A stretch of DNA of 64,000 nucleotides from Tortispora ganteri. Its lineage: Eukaryota. Positions 59,119-64,000 of this stretch are shown here, piece by piece. Each line of letters opens with the position of its first letter. Within the stretch, counting starts at the first letter, position 1. The notes under the pieces are model-generated. The model had not been told where the DNA came from. It made no database searches and saw only the letters and a program-made list of their open reading frames with translations. Location of the stretch: NCBI GenBank assembly GCA_003707115.1, contig PPNB01000014.1, positions 62,001 to 126,000 on the forward strand, in the 5' to 3' direction. The translations under genes were made by a program, and so were the position numbers.

Positions 59119-61128
59119 TCATCTATTACATCCGGTCTCGTTCGAAAGTTCCTGCTCGTGGCTCCGATAGCACTTGTCAGCGTGCCTGAACCAGGACGTA
59201 CACTTATCGTCTCCTCTTTTTGATATCGCGCACCATGTATTGCAATACCCGCATAAACCTAGCAAGGAATCGTCTGTTGACGAAACAGTTTTTGTCCTTA
59301 TCGGGTCGTAATGGTATCTTCGCGTAAACGGCGATACACCGTGGTGAAAGTTCCGATCGTACCAATACGCTGAATTCTTTACGCACAACCATTTAGCACA
59401 CATATCGCACCATCCTTCCTTACGGTCACCTTTACCGCGCACCCAAAGCGGCCCGTATTTGTCGTCTGGCCCGCGAAGATCTTGAGGAATCGGTATCATC
59501 GACTGATCATCAACCTCAAAATCTTCTGGATTCGGTTGTGGACTTATTCTGATGCGTAGCCTCCGCGTACGTTCGGTCATGTCTAGTATATACTTTTCCT
59601 CATCCGCATTCATATAATCCTCGCCCTGTGGCTGCTGGCTATGCAGATGAGCAGCATCATGCGAGTTAGAATGTGAATGTTGAGGTAGTTGTAGCGGCTG
59701 TAACTGCCCTTGAGATTGCGACTGCTGCGACTGCACCGCTTGTGTCTGTCTTTGCGCCTGTGATCGCCCAGCTAAATTTGACTGGTGCTCCATCATGAAC
59801 AATTCGTCTTCTCTGAGCAATTGCTCGTAACAATCATAGTTGACCGGCTCTGCTTGAAATTTCCATTCATTGTCTAGTCTTGCTGCGCTTTCTGTTAGTG
59901 CAAAACTGGCCATCATAGGGTCAACTCTTGGTTCTTGTGCTAGCACTATGCTAGAATTTTTGCCATGGTTTGGTCTTGGGCGTTTTGTCTGTAATTGCTG
60001 CAATTGTTGATCTTCAAATTGCTGCTCAGAACCAATGGCTTTGGTATTTCCTAGACTTGATCCCGTTACGATTGCTCTTTCGCTACCAGCAAACTGCTGT
60101 CCGTTAGCGGCAAACCCATACTGTCCTCCAGCAGTTTCAGAAGTACCAGGGAATATCTCAGAAGTTATCAGATCATTACTGTAATTCTCATTAGGCAACT
60201 TATGCAGTCCGAAGAAATTGCTGTTGGTTTGTGGCTGATGTGCGCGAACTTGTAAATTTCGAGCTGCAGCCACATTATGTGAAGTTTGCCTAGGTTGTTG
60301 TTGCTGTTGATTAGGCGTGTCACCGGAAGACTGAGCATCATTATTTCTATACAAACTTGTTTGTGTGTGTTCTGTGTTATCCATCTCCCAAAAGCTTGGA
60401 GGATATTCCTGCATAAAGTCTGTCATTTTCTGATTTTCAGACAATTGCACATCCAATTGGGCTTCCTCTGCTGATTGACCTGCGCTTGATTCTCGCACGT
60501 TCGAATTTATATTCATTGTCTGCACACCTCTATGGGTTAAATTTTTGCTAACCTTGGCTGTATCTCTTCCTGAACGTCTTGGAGGACCCATCATTGGCCG
60601 CACATTAGGCGTCTGGCACATCGCCAACGTATTCATTGTTCTTGCTGCAAGTGGTACTCTGTGTGCTAACGAATAAGGCCCCGCTTGATTATTTTGCAGC
60701 TGGGAAGGGTACTCTTGGTTAGAATTGTCAGTTGCTATTGTACATGGTAGGCCTGGCGAAATTGATGGCAAATGTATAGGTGTAACATTTTCAGTGCTGC
60801 TAATCATGCTAGGAGTTTGTGTGACGGAAGCAACCGAAGTTGCGGAGGCACTGGAGGACGAAGAATCAAGAGAAGTAGACGATGACATTCCTTGAAAAGT
60901 ACTGAGATCGTCTTTTTCGTCAACTTTCATGGGCTTTATGTCCTCTAGTTCAATTTCTTTTTCTGCTCCACTTTTTCCATATTGTGCAGTTTTTGCACCA
61001 ATTGCATCTGGGGCAGTATTGTCTAGTAAGATTCTGGCAAGGTCATCGACATGGAAATATTTATCCCAGTTTGTATCTGATTGAAGGTCAATAAAATTTC
61101 CAAAATCATCACAGGAATCTGGCCCCAT
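59119..61128 (-). CDS. Gln-rich putative transcription regulator with a Rua1_C/DUF4451 (Meu26-like) Cys/His domain
   Basis: DKYGPLWVRGKGDRKEGWCDMC..WL..KNSAYWY....HHGVS...GLCGYC..W...WFRHA..C. Confidence 0.75.
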   Translation of the reverse strand: MGPDSCDDFGNFIDLQSDTNWDKYFHVDDLARILLDNTAPDAIGAKTAQYGKSGAEKEIELEDIKPMKVDEKDDLSTFQGMSSSTSLDSSSSSASATSVASVTQTPSMISSTENVTPIHLPSISPGLPCTIATDNSNQEYPSQLQNNQAGPYSLAHRVPLAARTMNTLAMCQTPNVRPMMGPPRRSGRDTAKVSKNLTHRGVQTMNINSNVRESSAGQSAEEAQLDVQLSENQKMTDFMQEYPPSFWEMDNTEHTQTSLYRNNDAQSSGDTPNQQQQQPRQTSHNVAAARNLQVRAHQPQTNSNFFGLHKLPNENYSNDLITSEIFPGTSETAGGQYGFAANGQQFAGSERAIVTGSSLGNTKAIGSEQQFEDQQLQQLQTKRPRPNHGKNSSIVLAQEPRVDPMMASFALTESAARLDNEWKFQAEPVNYDCYEQLLREDELFMMEHQSNLAGRSQAQRQTQAVQSQQSQSQGQLQPLQLPQHSHSNSHDAAHLHSQQPQGEDYMNADEEKYILDMTERTRRLRIRISPQPNPEDFEVDDQSMIPIPQDLRGPDDKYGPLWVRGKGDRKEGWCDMCAKWLCVKNSAYWYDRNFHHGVSPFTRRYHYDPIRTKTVSSTDDSLLGLCGYCNTWCAISKRGDDKCTSWFRHADKCYRSHEQELSNETGCNR

Positions 61129-61865
61129 AATACTAGATTGGTGCTTTCCCTTTTCTTCTTCTTTTGTGAATCAACAAAGTGAAGTACAGTATCGTGCTCG
61201 ATACAATATTATTGTCCTTCATGAAAGCTCCTGGCTTATAAGAGTTTATCTTGTACCCCTACAAGCATAACAGGGTCAGCAGTTGGCCACACGGGCTCTC
61301 ACCAACCAACCAGGGCGCTCACCTTCTAATATTTCAGGGTCCAACATGTCATTATTCGATCCTGATAATCAAATATATCTCAAGGAAAATACTCTCAAAT
61401 ATACCCAATTTATATACTACCTCTTTTCACGGCTATATGGTTAACGCTATTTGAATGACTAAATGATGGTGAACCTCATCCACGCATGCATATCTCAGCC
61501 ACTACAATGTATGTCGTTCGGTTTATTTTGTATAAGCGAATTTTCATAAATAAAATTGAACATGACTTTTATATTTAAGTCATATTTACTTGAATTTTGA
61601 GTGAAACTTTTTCTTGAATTGAATATTATCGTACTGAATGCCGCTTTATGGATCGACGTACCAATTTTTCGTTCATTATGTGCGCTGATGTATCCAATCA
61701 TTGCAGCAAAAGAAATTGGTCATGAAACTGAAGTATCTAGAGTAATTCATGTCACAGTTTCAACCTAGTATACTTTAGTATTACTACAGAATGTTATTTA
61801 ACTATTCATGCATATTATCATGTAATTTGCGTACTTGCAAACTATTAATTGACGCATCATTGCCT

Positions 61866-64000
61866 CTAACTGAGATTCATTTCATTGTTATCATCAGGCG
61901 GCAAATCTGAAAAACCTACAGAAAGATTGGCAGAGGAATACTCAGAATTCCGTCTGAAGTATTCTTGACATCTTTTCAGTTTCCTAAACGTATCCTCTTT
62001 CGATATCTTTTTGATGTCTAAGTCTCCGCTACCAACCAGTGCTTTGTGTGCATATTTCTTTTCTTTATCGTCAAGGGTTTTAATGTAGGATAGACATTCA
62101 AGTCTCATTTCTCGGACAAATGACTCGTACTCAAGTCTAACAATATCACGCTCATACTCATCAAGCAATCGGAGAGCAATAACATATTCACTTCTTTTTC
62201 TGCCAAGTGAATCGTGTGAAATCTGTAATCTTTGGAGTGTTTTGCACCAAATGCTATATTCCAGATCAGTGTGTTGAGAAAAGCAAGAAGACATTACCTC
62301 AGCCATATCAGGTAATGAAGCATTATCTGTGACAATTCTATACGCATCACTGAAACTCAGTTCGTCTTTATAAGCAAGGTTATTACCTGCAGACATGTAA
62401 GACTGCATCCTAGAGTCATGGGACCCTAAGACAGTTTCTTGTATATCTTTGGAGTACAGCGCGCGGCCAACCAAAAGTTTGTTGTCCACTTGAGAAAGCT
62501 TCTGCTGAGTCCATTTGCTCATATAAAATGACTGAAAATTTGTATGAATAAAGATAGAATTTACGACCAATGAAATAACTAGTGCACTCGTCAGAATTGC
62601 ATGCATAGAGAATTTATCAGCAATGCTGCTTATTATTTCAAATGCCTTTCTGAGTCTTTCAAATATGAGTCGGCTTAATACCAGCTTGATATAGAGATAA
62701 ACATAAAACAGAATTGCTCGGCGGTAAGCTTGAAAATGTGGAATATCGTCATCATGTTCCAGTAGAGCATGCTTGTCTCGTATGCTTCGGGCGCCCATGT
62801 GCGTCACCTTTCCAATATCGCCGTAAAGTCGGTATGCTCTTTCAATAACATGATTCCGCCCAAGTTTGGCAAGTTCATCATTAAGTGCATAAAAAGAGAA
62901 GCTAGTTAAACCTGTTAATGCCCTTATTACTAGCTCCTCAACCACCACCTTATGCAGAAGTGTAGGAGCTGGTTTGATCCATTGAAGTCCAGCCATACTT
63001 ACCACAATACAGGAAGCTCGATTCTTCCTATAAATGCGATGCTTGAGAAGGATGACATATCTTTCCCTTAAAGGAAAATTAGTTGGCGTGATAACTTCAC
63101 TAATAATATACTCTGAATTGTCATCAATGAGTTCAATGCTCTGGGTGTAAGACAATGTCTCCCTGTGGTTCTGAAGCAACATATCCTGAACAATTGCATC
63201 AAAAGTAAAAGTTCTCTCATATAAACCACGCTCTTGTCGATCAGCTTTAGGTATTGACACCCAAGAGGATGCATTAACTTTGGCATTAGCAAACTTAGAG
63301 AACATACGCTGTCCATATGTGCTAGAGTCTCCACATATTAATAGGAATACAGCCTTAGCTGGATAAGCAAATTTATTCTCCAATATCTTCCTGTATTTGG
63401 CATAATAAATTTCTTCGTCATTTTGAGTGGCCTTGCCTTTCCAGCGTGATAATAGTCGGTCTGTCAGGGTGGTCTGAGTAGGCGCAACTAGATTAGAGCG
63501 TACCAGATGCCCTTTTATGCGATTATTCATCACAGCTCGAGCATCTTTTTCAGCATTTTGCTCTTGATTTTGCAAATTAGAACTATTGCCTGCTTTGTGC
63601 GCCGAATGATCGGTATGTACGTAATTCCAGCCTGGTCTCGTGCTAGGTGGCAGATCCTCATGGAGAATTGCAAGTAATTTTTCCAATTCTGTATCAGAGA
63701 GCGGCAATCCATCAAGGCATTTCTCATGAATAAGAGAAAGTGATGCATGAATTGTATTTCCCGCGGCAGTGTATAAATAAATTACTCCGACAGTTCCTCG
63801 TTCGGTAATAACCTCCAACATGTCATATAGAGTTCCAGCTTTTCCAGTGATTCCAATGATACTTGACAGCTTTATTTGCTGGAAACTTGTGAAACCTGCA
63901 GTATTCACGTAAATATATATCGATTCATTCGTAACAAAGAAAGTTGAAGGAATATCCATGGTTTCTGATGGGTTCCAAATGCATGAAAAATAGAGAAGAA
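61866..64000 (-). CDS. Sip3/Lam1-type membrane-anchored sterol-transfer protein (GRAM-like + VASt + TM), 5' end outside the window
   Basis: Frame stays open upstream of ATG 63959 to the window edge (LLYFSCIWNPSET); FAYPAKAVFLLICGDSS VASt-like start; TM AILTSALVISLVVNSIFI; terminal LGRKRSEYVIALRLLD..ER helix. Confidence 0.7.
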   Translation of the reverse strand, partial: LLYFSCIWNPSETMDIPSTFFVTNESIYIYVNTAGFTSFQQIKLSSIIGITGKAGTLYDMLEVITERGTVGVIYLYTAAGNTIHASLSLIHEKCLDGLPLSDTELEKLLAILHEDLPPSTRPGWNYVHTDHSAHKAGNSSNLQNQEQNAEKDARAVMNNRIKGHLVRSNLVAPTQTTLTDRLLSRWKGKATQNDEEIYYAKYRKILENKFAYPAKAVFLLICGDSSTYGQRMFSKFANAKVNASSWVSIPKADRQERGLYERTFTFDAIVQDMLLQNHRETLSYTQSIELIDDNSEYIISEVITPTNFPLRERYVILLKHRIYRKNRASCIVVSMAGLQWIKPAPTLLHKVVVEELVIRALTGLTSFSFYALNDELAKLGRNHVIERAYRLYGDIGKVTHMGARSIRDKHALLEHDDDIPHFQAYRRAILFYVYLYIKLVLSRLIFERLRKAFEIISSIADKFSMHAILTSALVISLVVNSIFIHTNFQSFYMSKWTQQKLSQVDNKLLVGRALYSKDIQETVLGSHDSRMQSYMSAGNNLAYKDELSFSDAYRIVTDNASLPDMAEVMSSCFSQHTDLEYSIWCKTLQRLQISHDSLGRKRSEYVIALRLLDEYERDIVRLEYESFVREMRLECLSYIKTLDDKEKKYAHKALVGSGDLDIKKISKEDTFRKLKRCQEYFRRNSEYSSANLSVGFSDLPPDDNNEMNLS

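Overview
Eukaryotic DNA: a compact, intron-poor ascomycete yeast chromosome segment, most consistent with an early-diverging Saccharomycotina lineage. This is an inference from budding-yeast-type orthologues, GTAAGT/GTACGT...(T)ACTAAC introns, CTG read as Leu, and retention of kinesin-3, GT90 and MTFP1. About 30 protein genes are present: COX9, ETF-beta, SET5, GNT1-like GT8, TAF8, a short Rad51 paralogue, SPO14, TKL1 (intron), an HMG-box factor, a multi-TM protein, SEC27, a DUF1749-like hydrolase, MTFP1, a TMT1-like methyltransferase, RIM15, TRM5, RVS167, NFS1, a GT90, SNF1, NCE102 (734-nt intron), a GH81 glucanase, CCT2, a ZZZ3/Ahc2-like protein, GIM4, CMC2 (intron), kinesin-3, RPB4, TRS23, ZWF1, a Rua1/Meu26-like factor and a partial SIP3/LAM1. 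There is also one intron-containing tRNA-Arg(ACG). No transposon, CRISPR or rRNA was seen. The most interesting region is 14.9-20.5 kb: a MATA/Ste11-type HMG gene behind the longest non-coding stretch, which carries TR-box-like repeats, five GATAAG sites and two inverted repeats. It is a candidate nitrogen-responsive, autoregulated sexual-development switch, but this is a hypothesis only. Other points of interest are the long structured NCE102 intron, a degenerate Rad51 paralogue, a possible ZZZ3-Ahc2 link, and extreme gene packing. All gene calls come from motif recognition by eye; no database search was run.
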